Source of the DNA: Thermoanaerobaculia bacterium
GTDB taxonomy: Bacteria > Acidobacteriota > Thermoanaerobaculia > Multivoradales > UBA5704
NCBI GenBank assembly: GCA_035949675.1
Contig: DASZHY010000092.1
Location: 3,851 to 67,850 of the forward strand
Reading direction: 5' to 3'
DNA length: 64,000 nucleotides
Shown: positions 8,305 to 17,722 of the stretch, in pieces
How positions within the stretch are numbered: position 1 is the stretch's first letter
Layout of the letters: the number at the start of each line of letters is the position of its first letter
Made by a program: the position numbers and the translations under genes
The notes under the pieces: generated by a model
Databases searched by the model: none
Seen by the model: the letters and a program-made list of their open reading frames with translations, nothing else
What the model was told of the DNA's origin: nothing

Positions 8305-9329
8305 TCCATCGCTTCCTGGAGCACCTCGAGGCCGAGCGCAATTTCTCGCCACACACACTACGCGCCTACGAGGGCGACCTGCTGCGCTTCCTCGACTTCC
8401 TGGCGCGCGACTTCCTTGCCCTGCCGCCCGAGGAGGTGCGGCCCGAGGCGGTGGACGGGCTCGCGGTGCGATCGTTCCTCGCGTCGCTCCACACCCAGGG
8501 CCTCGAGCGCCGCAGCCAGGCGCGGGCGCTGTCGGCCGTCCGCAGCCTCTTGCGCTTCGCCTGCCGCGAGGGAACGCTGGCCGCCAACCCCGCGCAGGGC
8601 GTGCCGACGCCCAGGCTGCCGAAGACCCTGCCTCGCCACCTGCGGCCCGGCGAGGTGGAGGCCCTGCTCGAGGCTCCCGGCCGTGCCGCCGCTGGCTCCC
8701 CTGGCTCCCCTGGCTCCCGAGAAAGCAGCCCGGAGACCCCGGCGGCGCCGGCCGGGGAAGCGCCAGGGCCAGCCGCAGCCGGCACAGCCGCGCTCAGCGC
8801 CCTCCTGGCGCGGCGCGACAGCGCGCTGCTCGAGCTGCTCTACGCCGCCGGCCTGCGGGTCGGCGAGCTGGTCGGCCTCGACTGGGCGGCGATCGACCTG
8901 CAAGCCCGGGTGCTGCGGGTCGTCGGCAAGGGCGGCAAGGAACGCATGGTGCCCTTCGGCCGCCCGGCGGCCAGCGCATTGCGGCAGTGGCTCGACGTCT
9001 GGGAACGGGTGCGCGAGCTGCAGGTGCCTAGCGCCGCGGACGAACCGGTTTTTCTCAACCACCGCGGCGGCCGCCTCAGCGACCGTTCGGTGCGGCGCAT
9101 CATCGACCGCTGGATCGAGCAGACGGCGCTCGCCCGCGGCGTCCACCCGCACACCCTGCGGCACACCTTCGCCACCCATCTGCTCGAAGGCGGCGCGGAC
9201 CTGCGGGCGATCCAGGAGCTGCTCGGACACGCCTCCCTGTCCACGACCCAGAAGTACACCCACGTCGAGGTGGAGAGGCTGCTCGCCGTCTACCGCGGCG
9301 CGCACCCGAGGGCCCGTCGCGGCGACTGA
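8292..9329 (+). CDS. xerC: Tyrosine recombinase XerC/XerD (CodV-like)
   Basis: LIHRFLEHLEAERNFSPHTLRAYEGDL...HTLRHTFATHLLEGGADLRAIQELLGHASLSTTQKYTHV carries the RHRY catalytic motifs. The GTG start overlaps the trmFO stop. It contains a low-complexity Pro/Gly/Ser insert. Confidence 0.9.
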   Translation: MRRLIHRFLEHLEAERNFSPHTLRAYEGDLLRFLDFLARDFLALPPEEVRPEAVDGLAVRSFLASLHTQGLERRSQARALSAVRSLLRFACREGTLAANPAQGVPTPRLPKTLPRHLRPGEVEALLEAPGRAAAGSPGSPGSRESSPETPAAPAGEAPGPAAAGTAALSALLARRDSALLELLYAAGLRVGELVGLDWAAIDLQARVLRVVGKGGKERMVPFGRPAASALRQWLDVWERVRELQVPSAADEPVFLNHRGGRLSDRSVRRIIDRWIEQTALARGVHPHTLRHTFATHLLEGGADLRAIQELLGHASLSTTQKYTHVEVERLLAVYRGAHPRARRGD

Positions 9330-9401
9330 GCTGGTGCATTGCACGCTCCCGCCGGGAGCTGCCGCGGCCCACCGCTGCTGCCCTGGTACAATCCAGCCTC
9401 C

Positions 9402-9944
9402 ATGAACTCCCTGGCCTCGACGACAGTGCTGCTGGTACGCCGCAATGGGCAGGTGTGCATGGCGAGCGACGGCCAGGTCACGCTGAACAACAGCACGGTC
9501 GTGAAGAGCGGTGCCCGCAAGGTGCGGCGAGCCGGCAAGGGCCAGGTCCTGGTGGGCTTCGCCGGCGGCGGCGCCGACGCGCTGGCGCTCTTTACCCGCC
9601 TCGAGGAAAAGCTCGAGGAGTTCGGCGGCAACCTCGAGCGCGCGGTGGTCGAGCTCGCCAAGGAATGGCGGACCGACCGCGCCCTGCGCCAGCTGCAGGC
9701 GATGATCCTGGTCACCGACCGCGACCGCGCCTACCTGGTCTCGGGCGCCGGCGAGCTGCTCTCGCCCGACGAGGACGACGCGGCGCTCGCCATCGGCTCG
9801 GGCGCCAACTACGCTCTCGCCGCGGCGCGCGCCCTGCTGCGGCACACCGAGCTGCCCGCCGCCGGCATCGTGCGGGAGGCGATGAAGATCGCCGCCGAGA
9901 TCTGCATCTTCACCAACGACAGGCTCACCCTCGAGGAACTCTGA
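9402..9944 (+). CDS. hslV: ATP-dependent protease subunit HslV (ClpQ)
   Basis: MNSLASTTVLLVRRNGQVCMASDGQVTL...GSGANYALAAARALL. A Thr-Thr pair sits after a 6-residue N-terminal extension, which may be a propeptide. Confidence 0.9.
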   Translation: MNSLASTTVLLVRRNGQVCMASDGQVTLNNSTVVKSGARKVRRAGKGQVLVGFAGGGADALALFTRLEEKLEEFGGNLERAVVELAKEWRTDRALRQLQAMILVTDRDRAYLVSGAGELLSPDEDDAALAIGSGANYALAAARALLRHTELPAAGIVREAMKIAAEICIFTNDRLTLEEL

Positions 9945-9995
9945 GCGGTGGCCATCCAGCTCTCGGGTGAGACCCAGCCGGGCATCGTCCTGGAA

Positions 9996-11333
9996 AACAT
10001 GACGCCGCGGCAGATCGTCAGCGAGCTCGACAAGTTCGTGGTGGGGCAGCGGCCGGCCAAGCGCGCGGTGGCGATCGCGCTGCGCAACCGCTGGCGGCGC
10101 CAGCAGCTGCCGCCGGAGATCGCCGACGAGATCGCGCCCAAGAACATCCTGATGATCGGCTCCACCGGCGTCGGCAAGACCGAGATCGCCCGCCGCCTGG
10201 CGCGGCTCGCCAAGGCGCCGTTCCTCAAGGTCGAGGCGAGCAAGTTCACCGAGGTCGGTTACGTCGGCCGCGACGTCGAGTCGATGATCCGCGACCTGGT
10301 CGAGATCGCGGTCAGCATGGTCAAGGACGAGAAGCGCGGCGCGGTGCGCGAGGCGGCGGCGACGCGCGCCGAGGACCGGCTGTTGGAGCTGCTGGTGCCG
10401 CGGCGCCCGATCAGCCCTTACCTGAAGAACGACTCCGAGGAGGACGAGGACGAGCACGCGGCGACCCGCGAGAAGTTCCGCGACAAGCTGCGCACCGGCG
10501 CGCTGGACCAGAAGCGCGTGGAGGTCGAGGTGGACGAGTCCTCCTACCCCAGCCTCGAGATGTTCACGCCGCAGGGGGTCGAAGAGGTCGGCATCAACAT
10601 CAAGGACATGCTGCCCGGGCTCTTCGGCCGCAAGAAGCGGCAGGCGGTGTCGGTGGTCGAAGCGCGCGAGATCCTGCAGCAGCAGGAAGCCGAGAAGCTG
10701 ATCGACCGCACCCAGGTCGCCCGCGAGGCGCGCCAGCGGGTCGAGCAGGGCGGCATGATCTTCCTCGACGAGATCGACAAGATCGCCGGGCGTGAGGGCG
10801 GCCGCGGCCCCGACATCTCGCGCGAGGGCGTGCAGCGCGACCTGCTGCCGATCGTCGAGGGCACCAACGTCTCGACCAAGTACGGCATGGTCAAGACCGA
10901 CCACATCCTGTTCATCGCCGCCGGCGCCTTCCACGTCAGCAAGCCATCCGACCTGATCCCCGAGCTGCAGGGGCGCTTCCCGATCCGGGTCGAGCTCGAC
11001 GCCCTGACGGAGCACGACTTCGTGCGCATCCTGACCGAGCCCGAGACCGCGCTCACCAAGCAATATTCGGCCCTGCTCTCGACCGAAGGCGTCACCGTCG
11101 AGTTCACCGAGGACTCGGTCGCCGAGATCGCGCGCCTGGCGGTCGAGGTCAACTCCACCACCGAGAACATCGGTGCCCGGCGCCTTTCCACCCTGCTCGA
11201 GCGCCTGCTCGACGAGGTTTCCTTCGCCGCCCCCGAGATGGCCGGTGTCCACGTGCGCGTGGATGCCGAGTACGTGCGGCGGGCGCTCTCCGACATCGTC
11301 AAGAACCAGGATCTCTCCCGCTATGTCCTATGA
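9996..11333 (+). CDS. hslU: ATP-dependent protease ATPase subunit HslU (ClpY)
   Basis: [34 protein letters not shown]...[16 protein letters not shown] (Walker A)...IFLDEIDKI. The alternative GTG start at 9948 would add 16 aa. Confidence 0.9.
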   Translation, partial: NMTPRQIVSELDKFVVGQRPAKRAVAIALRNRWRRQQLPPEIADEIAPKNILMIGSTGVGKTEIARRLARLAKAPFLKVEASKFTEVGYVGRDVESMIRDLVEIAVSMVKDEKRGAVREAAATRAEDRLLELLVPRRPISPYLKNDSEEDEDEHAATREKFRDKLRTGALDQKRVEVEVDESSYPSLEMFTPQGVEEVGINIKDMLPGLFGRKKRQAVSVVEAREILQQQEAEKLIDRTQVAREARQRVEQGGMIFLDEIDKIAGREGGRGPDISREGVQRDLLPIVEGTNVSTKYGMVKTDHILFIAAGAFHVSKPSDLIPELQGRFPIRVELDALTEHDFVRILTEPETALTKQYSALLSTEGVTVEFTEDSVAEIARLAVEVNSTTENIGARRLSTLLERLLDEVSFAAPEMAGVHVRVDAEYVRRALSDIVKNQDLSRYVL

Positions 11334-12600
11334 CCCGGTGCGGCAGGTGAAGGCGATGCTGGCCCTGGCAGCGAAGGCAGCGGCAATGGCGGCACTTGCG
11401 GCGGGGCTCACCATGGCCGGCTGCGGCAAGGAAGGCCCGCCGACGCCGCCCCTGCGCGCGGTGCCGGCGCCGACCAAGGACCTCGCCGCCCGCCAGCGGG
11501 GGAACCGCGTGCTGCTGAGCTTCAGCTATCCGCAGACCACTCCCGGCGGCAGCGCGTTGAACGGCGTCAGCAAGGTGGAGGTCTACGAGGCGGTGATCCC
11601 GCCGCCGGCCCCGCCCAAGGCCCCGAGCAAGGCCCCGAGCAAGGGCAGCGCCGCGACGCCCGGGGCGGGCACCAGTCGCGCGGCCGCAGCCGGCACCGCC
11701 ACCCCATCTGGCGCCGCTGTCACCCCGGCGGGCGCGACTGCCGCGGCACAAGGGGGACCCGGTGCAGTCGCTCAGGGAGCCTCGCCTGCTCCGGAGGCGC
11801 TCGACCCGCGGGTGTTCGAGGGCCTCGCCAAGCTGCGGCTGACGCTGATCAGCAAGGACCTGGGCGCGGCGACCCTCGGCAAGCTCCTGATCGTCGACCT
11901 GCCGCTGCCCGAGCCGTTGCCGGCGACGCCGGAGGGGGCGCCGGCCCGTGACTACGCGGTGCGCACCTTCGGCCCGAAGGGCGACCGCTCCGCCTTCTCG
12001 AACCAGGCGCTGCTCAAGCCGAAGACGCCGCCCCAGCCGCCCGAAGGGGTGACCGTGGCCCCGCAGGCCGATGGCATCGTGGTCGAGTGGAAGGCGGTCC
12101 CGGAGAGCGGCGGCCATGCCGTCTACCGGCGCGCCGCCACCGAACGCTTCAGCAGCAAGCCGCTCGCCGTGATCAGCCCGCCCGCGACCCGGTACCTCGA
12201 CCAGACTGCCCGCTTCGGGCAGAGCTACATCTACTCGGTCACCGCCGTGGATGCCAAGCAACCGCTGGTCGAGAGCGCGATCAAGGCCGAGCAGGAAATT
12301 CACTACGTGGACCGTTACCCGCCGCCGGTGCCGGAAGAGCTGGTCGCCGTGGCGGAGGCCGGCCGCGTGCGGCTGGTGTGGCGCCAGAGCGAGGCGCCCG
12401 ACCTCGCCGGCTACATCGTCTACCGCAAGGGCGCGGCCACCGGCGAGTTCGTGCGCCTCACCGCGAAGCCGATCTCGACCACGAGCTACGTCGATACCAC
12501 GGTCGCCTCGGGCCAGGCGTACGACTACCGGGTGACGGCGATCGACCAGACGGGCAACGAGAGCGCTCCCTCGGCCGAGGTGCACGTGGCGGTCCCATGA
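11323..12600 (+). CDS. Lipoprotein with two fibronectin type III-like domains (hypothetical)
   Basis: Signal peptide with lipobox ...[10 protein letters not shown] Pro/Ala-rich linker is followed by FN3-like repeats ([20 protein letters not shown]...YIYSVTAVD and [21 protein letters not shown]...[15 protein letters not shown]). The ATG overlaps the hslU stop by 11 nt. Confidence 0.6.
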   Translation: MSYDPVRQVKAMLALAAKAAAMAALAAGLTMAGCGKEGPPTPPLRAVPAPTKDLAARQRGNRVLLSFSYPQTTPGGSALNGVSKVEVYEAVIPPPAPPKAPSKAPSKGSAATPGAGTSRAAAAGTATPSGAAVTPAGATAAAQGGPGAVAQGASPAPEALDPRVFEGLAKLRLTLISKDLGAATLGKLLIVDLPLPEPLPATPEGAPARDYAVRTFGPKGDRSAFSNQALLKPKTPPQPPEGVTVAPQADGIVVEWKAVPESGGHAVYRRAATERFSSKPLAVISPPATRYLDQTARFGQSYIYSVTAVDAKQPLVESAIKAEQEIHYVDRYPPPVPEELVAVAEAGRVRLVWRQSEAPDLAGYIVYRKGAATGEFVRLTAKPISTTSYVDTTVASGQAYDYRVTAIDQTGNESAPSAEVHVAVP

Positions 12601-13436
12601 CCGCTTTCTTCAAGGTTTCGGGCAGCGGCAACGATTTCGTGGCATTGGCCGAGCCGGCGGCCGACCCCGGGCCCGAGCAGGTCCGCGCCTGGTGCCGGCG
12701 CGGCGTCTCGCTTGGCGCCGACGGGGTCTTCGTGCTGCGCCGGCCCGGTGTGGTCTCCGGACTTCCCTCGGCCGCGGACGTGCCCGAGGTTACGATGGCC
12801 TACTGGAACGCCGGCGGCGACGCCGCGGATCTCTGCCTCAACGGCACCCGCTGTGCGGCGCAGCTCGCCTGCCACCTCGGCTGGACGCAGGGCGAGGTGC
12901 GCGTGCGGACCGGCGCCGGAGCGTTCCTCGCGCGCCGCCTCGATCCGGCGCGCGTCGCGGTCGAGCTCGACGTCGACGCCGACCTCGCGGCACCGCGGCA
13001 GCTCACCGTCGATCTCGACGGCGCGTCGTACGCGGGCTGGCGCGTCATGGTGGGCGTTCCCCACTTCGTGCTCTTGTGGCCGGGGGATCTCGCCGCGGCG
13101 CCGGTGGTCGAGGTGGGGCGCGCCGTGCGTCACCACGCCGCCTTCCAGCCCGCCGGCACCAACGTCAACTTCGTCAGCTTCGAAGGCGGCAGCCGGCTAC
13201 GCATCCGGACTTACGAACGCGGGGTCGAGGACGAGACCCTCTCCTGCGGCACCGGAGCGGTGGCCGCCGCCGCGCTCGGGCTGGCGCTCGGCCGTCTCAC
13301 CGCGCCGGTGACCGCCGCCACCCACGGCGGCTTCGACCTCGTCGTCGACCGCGACCCCGCCACGCAACGCTTCACCCTCGCCGGCGACGCCCGCATCGTC
13401 GCCGCCGGCGAGCTGCTGGCCGGCGCCACGGCCTGA
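12597..13436 (+). CDS. dapF: Diaminopimelate epimerase
   Basis: [17 protein letters not shown]...NAGGDAADLCLNGTRCAA...SCGTGAVAAAA contains the two DapF active-site Cys motifs. There is an ATGA start/stop overlap with the upstream gene. Confidence 0.85.
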   Translation: MTAFFKVSGSGNDFVALAEPAADPGPEQVRAWCRRGVSLGADGVFVLRRPGVVSGLPSAADVPEVTMAYWNAGGDAADLCLNGTRCAAQLACHLGWTQGEVRVRTGAGAFLARRLDPARVAVELDVDADLAAPRQLTVDLDGASYAGWRVMVGVPHFVLLWPGDLAAAPVVEVGRAVRHHAAFQPAGTNVNFVSFEGGSRLRIRTYERGVEDETLSCGTGAVAAAALGLALGRLTAPVTAATHGGFDLVVDRDPATQRFTLAGDARIVAAGELLAGATA

Positions 13437-13549
13437 CGGCCCGGCCGCCACCCGTACCACCCTCTCCTGCGCAGTGCAGCGGCGCCGAGGGAAAGGCGCG
13501 ATCGAGCTGAGCGGCCGCCGCAATGCCGCAACCGTGTTTCCTTCGTAAC

Positions 13550-13578
13550 TGAACCTGGCGCCTGTCCCGGTGGACTCA
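13550..13578 (+). promoter_or_regulatory. Putative ECF-sigma-type promoter TGAACC-N17-GACTCA upstream of cupredoxin paralog 1
   Basis: The identical -35/-10 hexamers and spacer length recur upstream of the paralog at 28155..28183. The RBS AAGGAG and ATG at 13609 follow about 30 nt downstream. Confidence 0.35.
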
Positions 13579-13608
13579 AGGGGTGACGTGCCCAAGGAGC
13601 CATCGATC

Positions 13609-15009
13609 ATGCACATAAACCGTGTTTCATCCCCGAGGCGGCTCGCCGCTTTCGGCATCGTTTTCGCGCTGGCGCTCGCTCTCGCGCCGGCATCCCATGC
13701 AGCGAACCACGACGTCAGTGCCACCGCATCGTTGACCTTCGAGCCGGCCAACCTCACGATCAAGGTCGGCGATTCGGTGACCTGGACCAACTCGAGCGGC
13801 GTGAATCACAACGTGGCCGCGAACGACGGCAGCTTCCGCTGCGCCAGCGGTTGCGACGGCGACGGCCACGGCGGCAACGGCAACCCGGCGGGCAGCTGGA
13901 CGTTCACGCGGACCTTCAACCAGCCCGGCACCATCAACTACCTGTGCGAGGTCCACGGCGGCCCTCCCATCTCCATGGTGGGCTCGATCGTGGTGCAGGG
14001 CAGCGCCGCTTCTCCGGGCAGCCTGGACTTCAGCACTGCCGCCGACAGCGTCGCCGAGAACGCCGGCACCGCTCATCTCACCGTCAACCGCAGAGGCGGC
14101 AGCTCGGGGGCGGTGAGCGTCCACTTCGCCACCAGCGACGGCACCGGCGTGGCCGGCAAGAACTACGTCGCGACCTCCGGCACGCTCAACTGGGCCGCCG
14201 GCGACACGGCGGCCAAGACAATCAACGTCGCGGTGCTCGACGACGGCGTTGCGGACGGCGGCCACACCGTCAACCTGACGCTCAGCGCGCCCCAGGGCGG
14301 GGCAAGCCTGGGAACGCCGTCCGCCATCGTGCTCACCATCACCAACACCGACGGCGGCACGGGCGGTGCGCCCGCCGCGCCCTCGAACCTGGCGGCGGCC
14401 AGCGCCGGCACCACCGCCATCAATCTCACCTGGAAGAGCAACTCCAGCAACGAGACCGGCTTCCGCGTGCAGAGCAAGGTGCTCGACGGCAGCCCGTTCC
14501 AGGACGTCCTGCCGCTCTCCCCGGCGGGCAGCACGGGCACCGCTGTAACCGGCTTGCAGCCGGCGACCGGCTACGGGTTCCGGGTGCGCGCGGAGAACGC
14601 GGCCGGCAACTCGGCCTACACCACCGAGGCCGACGCCGCCACCGACACGACGCCCGGCACCTGCGTCGCCGACGCCAACACCCTCTGCCTCGGCGGCCGT
14701 TTCAAGGTCAGCGTTGCCTGGGCGACCAGCAACATGAGCGGCGTGGGGACCACGGTGCCGCTGGCCGCCAACCCGGACTCGGGGCTGTTCTACTTCTTCG
14801 CGTCGAGCAACATCGAGATGCTGATCAAGGTGATCAACGGCTGCGGGCTCAGCAACACCTACTGGGTCTTCTTCGCCGCCACCACCAACGTGCAATTCAC
14901 GGTCACCGTGGTCGACGTCACGACCGGCAAGACCAAGGTGTACTTCAATCCGCTCAACCAGGCCGCGGTGCCGGTGCAGGACACCAACGCCTTCGCCACC
15001 TGCCCCTGA
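13609..15009 (+). CDS. Secreted multidomain protein: type-1 copper cupredoxin + 2 Calx-beta + FN3 + conserved C-terminal domain ending CP
   Basis: Signal peptide present. The cupredoxin region holds ligands His (NHNV), Cys/His (YLCEVHG) and Met (SMVG). Calx-beta motifs are VHFATSDGTGVAGKNY...NVAVLDDGVADG. The FN3 domain is INLTWKSN...YGFRVRAENAAGNS. The C-terminal domain of about 130 aa is shared with 28212..29957 and 61954..62883. Confidence 0.7.
   Translation: MHINRVSSPRRLAAFGIVFALALALAPASHAANHDVSATASLTFEPANLTIKVGDSVTWTNSSGVNHNVAANDGSFRCASGCDGDGHGGNGNPAGSWTFTRTFNQPGTINYLCEVHGGPPISMVGSIVVQGSAASPGSLDFSTAADSVAENAGTAHLTVNRRGGSSGAVSVHFATSDGTGVAGKNYVATSGTLNWAAGDTAAKTINVAVLDDGVADGGHTVNLTLSAPQGGASLGTPSAIVLTITNTDGGTGGAPAAPSNLAAASAGTTAINLTWKSNSSNETGFRVQSKVLDGSPFQDVLPLSPAGSTGTAVTGLQPATGYGFRVRAENAAGNSAYTTEADAATDTTPGTCVADANTLCLGGRFKVSVAWATSNMSGVGTTVPLAANPDSGLFYFFASSNIEMLIKVINGCGLSNTYWVFFAATTNVQFTVTVVDVTTGKTKVYFNPLNQAAVPVQDTNAFATCP
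14233..15009 (+). repeat. Copy 1 of a ~777-bp dispersed repeat (near-identical from about 14330 onward), matching 29181..29957
   Basis: Side-by-side reading of the two gene 3' halves shows only scattered substitutions across the FN3 and C-terminal-domain coding DNA. Identity stops right after the stop codons. Confidence 0.8.
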
Positions 15010-15074
15010 CGCGAGGCCGAGGCGCCGGCCCACCAAGCTCGAGTGGGCCGGCGCCTCTGGTAAGCTGCGCGCCC

Positions 15075-16316
15075 ATGGAGTCGAAGACCGCCTCGGCGAA
15101 GCGGGAGTTCCCGCCGGTCGCCGACCAGATGGAGCTGCTGACGCGCGGCGCGGTCGACCTCGTCGACGAGGCCCAGCTGCGCGCCAAGCTCGAGCGCTCG
15201 GCGCGCACCGGCGAGCCGCTCACCGTCAAGACCGGCTTCGACCCCTCCACTCCCGACCTCCACCTCGGGCACACCGTCCTGCTGCGCAAGATGCGGCACT
15301 TCCAGCAGCTCGGCCATCGCGTGATCTTCCTGATCGGCGACTTCACCGCGCTCATCGGCGATCCCAGCGGCAAGAAGACGACCCGCCCCCAGCTCTCGCC
15401 CGAGGAGGTGGAGGCCAACGCCCAGACCTACAAGCGCCAGGTGTGGAAGGTGCTGGACGAGCGGGAGACGGTGGTCGATTACAACAGCCGCTGGCTGCTG
15501 GCGCTCGGCGCGGTGGGCATGGTGCGCCTGGCCGGGCGCTACACCCTGGCGCGCATGATGGAACGCGAGGACTTCAGCACGCGCTTCGAGCATAACCGGC
15601 CGATCCACCTGCACGAGCTGCTCTACCCGCTGGCCCAGGGTTATGACTCGGTGGCGCTCAAGGCCGACGTCGAGCTGGGCGGCCACGACCAGATCTTCAA
15701 CCTCCTGGTGGGCCGCGACCTGATGAAGGAGGAGGGCCTCGAGCCCCAGGTCGTGCTGACCGTGCCGCTGCTGGTGGGCACCGACGGCAGCGACAAGATG
15801 TCGAAGAGCCTGGGCAACTCCATCGCCGTCGAAGACCCGCCGCAGGAGATCTACGGCAAGGCGATGTCGATCCCGGATTCCTTGATGTGGGACTGGTTGC
15901 TGCTGCTCACCGACCTGCCGCGCCAGGAGATCGAACGGCGGCGCGCCGCCGTTGCCGCCGGCGACCTCCACCCCAAGGAAGTCAAGCAGGACCTGGCGCT
16001 CCGCCTGGTGGCCGCCTACCACGGCGAGGCGGCGGCCCGCCAGGCCCAGGCCGAGTTCGCCAAGGTGTTCTCGGCCGGCGGCCTGCCCGCCGAAGTGCCC
16101 GACCACCAGTTGGAGGGCTCCCGCACCCTGCTCAAGCTGCTCGCCGAGACCCGCCTGGCGCCCAGCAACGCCGAAGCCCGCCGGCTGATCGAGCAGGGAG
16201 CGGTGACGATCGACGGCGCCCGCGCCGCCGACCCCTTCGCCGAGCTCCCGCCGCGCGCCGAGCCCTACCTGTTCAAGGTAGGGAAGCGGCGCTTCGCCCG
16301 CATCCGCATCCGCTGA
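15075..16316 (+). CDS. tyrS: Tyrosine--tRNA ligase (type 2, with C-terminal S4 domain)
   Basis: GFDPSTPDLHLGHTV (HIGH motif)...KMSKSLGN (KMSKS motif), plus an S4-like C-terminus. The in-frame ATG at 15075 lies inside the long track ORF. Confidence 0.9.
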   Translation: MESKTASAKREFPPVADQMELLTRGAVDLVDEAQLRAKLERSARTGEPLTVKTGFDPSTPDLHLGHTVLLRKMRHFQQLGHRVIFLIGDFTALIGDPSGKKTTRPQLSPEEVEANAQTYKRQVWKVLDERETVVDYNSRWLLALGAVGMVRLAGRYTLARMMEREDFSTRFEHNRPIHLHELLYPLAQGYDSVALKADVELGGHDQIFNLLVGRDLMKEEGLEPQVVLTVPLLVGTDGSDKMSKSLGNSIAVEDPPQEIYGKAMSIPDSLMWDWLLLLTDLPRQEIERRRAAVAAGDLHPKEVKQDLALRLVAAYHGEAAARQAQAEFAKVFSAGGLPAEVPDHQLEGSRTLLKLLAETRLAPSNAEARRLIEQGAVTIDGARAADPFAELPPRAEPYLFKVGKRRFARIRIR

Positions 16317-16358
16317 AGGCAGGCCGGGGGCGCGACAACGCGGCCCTGAACTGGCATC

Positions 16359-17534
16359 ATGGGGGCCATGCCCGTGCCTCTGGTTCGATTGACGGCGCTG
16401 CTCCTCGCCGCCGCCGTGGCCTGCGTCTCGGCGCCGCCCTCCCGAATTGCGGCAAAGAAGCCCGCGGCACTACCCGCCCCGGAGGCAGCCCCTGGCTCCC
16501 CTCCTGCGCCCGGCCAGGCGACGGCCACCGTTCCGACGGCGCCCGCCCCCGCCGTTGCCGCCGCGGCAGCCGCCCCTTCCTCCCCCGTCCACCCCCTGCG
16601 CGCCAGTGTCCCGGCGTTCGGCGGCACCCTGGAGATCGAGGTCCGCGACCTGCCCCGCGAGGCGGCGGATGCCGCCATTCAGGCTGCCGCCGTCGAGGTG
16701 GGAGAGATGGAGCGGCTGACCGATCCCCGCGGTCCCGGCGGCGAGCTGGCGCTGCTCAACGCCGCCGCCGGCAAGGGACCGCGCCGAGTCGACCCTCGTC
16801 TCTTCGCGGCGCTGGTCCGCGCCCGCGACTTCTGCCTCTGGTCCGAGGGCAAGGAAGGGCCGCTCGCCGGCGCTCTCCACCGCCTCTGGGGCCGCGGCAC
16901 CGGCGAGGCGCTGGCGGCCACCCCGTCGCCGGACGACCTGCGCCAGGCAGTCGCCGCCGCCGGCTGCAAGAACCTCACCGTGGACGCCAAGCAGCAGACC
17001 GCCGCCCTCGCCACCGGCAGCGTCCTCGACCTCGTCGACTTCAGCACCGGCATGGCCGTCGACCGCGCCATCGAGGTCCTGCGCCAGCACGGTTCGGCCA
17101 ACGCCTTTATCCAGATCCGCGAGGTCCGGCGCGGCATCGGCGCCGGCCGCGCCGGCCGTGGCTGGATGATCGAGCTGCCCGCCATGGGCGGCCTCAAGGA
17201 GCCCTTGGGCCGCATCTTCTTGCGCGACCAGTCGCTGGCGGCCGCCCTGCGTGATGACGATCCTCTCGACGTCGGCGGCCGGCGTCTCACTCACTTCATC
17301 GATCAGCGCAGCGGCCAGCCAGCCGAGGAAGGCGTCTTCGCCATCTTCGCGGTCACCGAGCTCGCCGTCGACGCCCAGGCCCTGGCCGCCACCATGTCCA
17401 TCACCGGCGCCCAGGAAGGCGAGATGCTGACCGGCTCCATCCGACCCCGCCCCTCCCTCCTCTGGCTCATGGGCACCGGCACCGGCTCGCCCGTCCTGGT
17501 CGACTACCGCTGGACCGAAGTGCCCAAGCGCTGA
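16359..17534 (+). CDS. apbE: FAD:protein FMN transferase (ApbE family) lipoprotein
   Basis: Signal peptide with lipobox AAAVAC. ApbE-like core LDLVDFSTGMAVDRAIEVLRQHG...FIDQRSG is present. Confidence 0.7.
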   Translation: MGAMPVPLVRLTALLLAAAVACVSAPPSRIAAKKPAALPAPEAAPGSPPAPGQATATVPTAPAPAVAAAAAAPSSPVHPLRASVPAFGGTLEIEVRDLPREAADAAIQAAAVEVGEMERLTDPRGPGGELALLNAAAGKGPRRVDPRLFAALVRARDFCLWSEGKEGPLAGALHRLWGRGTGEALAATPSPDDLRQAVAAAGCKNLTVDAKQQTAALATGSVLDLVDFSTGMAVDRAIEVLRQHGSANAFIQIREVRRGIGAGRAGRGWMIELPAMGGLKEPLGRIFLRDQSLAAALRDDDPLDVGGRRLTHFIDQRSGQPAEEGVFAIFAVTELAVDAQALAATMSITGAQEGEMLTGSIRPRPSLLWLMGTGTGSPVLVDYRWTEVPKR

Positions 17535-17722
17535 ATCAAGCCTGGCCGTGGATCTTGGCCCTTGCCTTCTTCAGTGGTATAAGAAAGTTCTTGTGCAGCG
17601 CCCCGGGAGGCTCATCATGCTTCTCGAGCTATAACCGTAAGCGGCGGCCCGGCACCGGTCGCCGAGGAGCGAGTGCCTTTCAAACGAATGCCCAATGAGG
17701 AGTGAAGAAAGGAGTGAAGAAA

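Noticed and set aside
9948-9995. GTG at 9948 as hslU start
   Set aside because: HslU proteins normally begin at the MTPR(E/Q)IV motif. The ATG at 9996 is preferred. The 16-aa extension remains possible, as noted in the feature.
8358-11252. 964-aa minus-strand ORF (and similar giant antisense ORFs at 21417..23987, 28197..31082, 14859..16106, 6769..8043, 52687..54744)
   Set aside because: These lie antisense to well-supported genes (xerC/hslV/hslU, the adhesin, the cupredoxin gene, tyrS, trmFO, the PilZ/AMIN gene). Their products are low-complexity Arg/Ala/Gly-rich sequences typical of stop-codon-poor antisense frames in about 70% GC DNA.
13570-13608. Upstream Met (MDSRGDVPKEPSI) as start of the cupredoxin gene
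   Set aside because: It would place the start codon inside the conserved TGAACC-N17-GACTCA element and before the RBS AAGGAG. The Met at 13609 gives a proper signal peptide.
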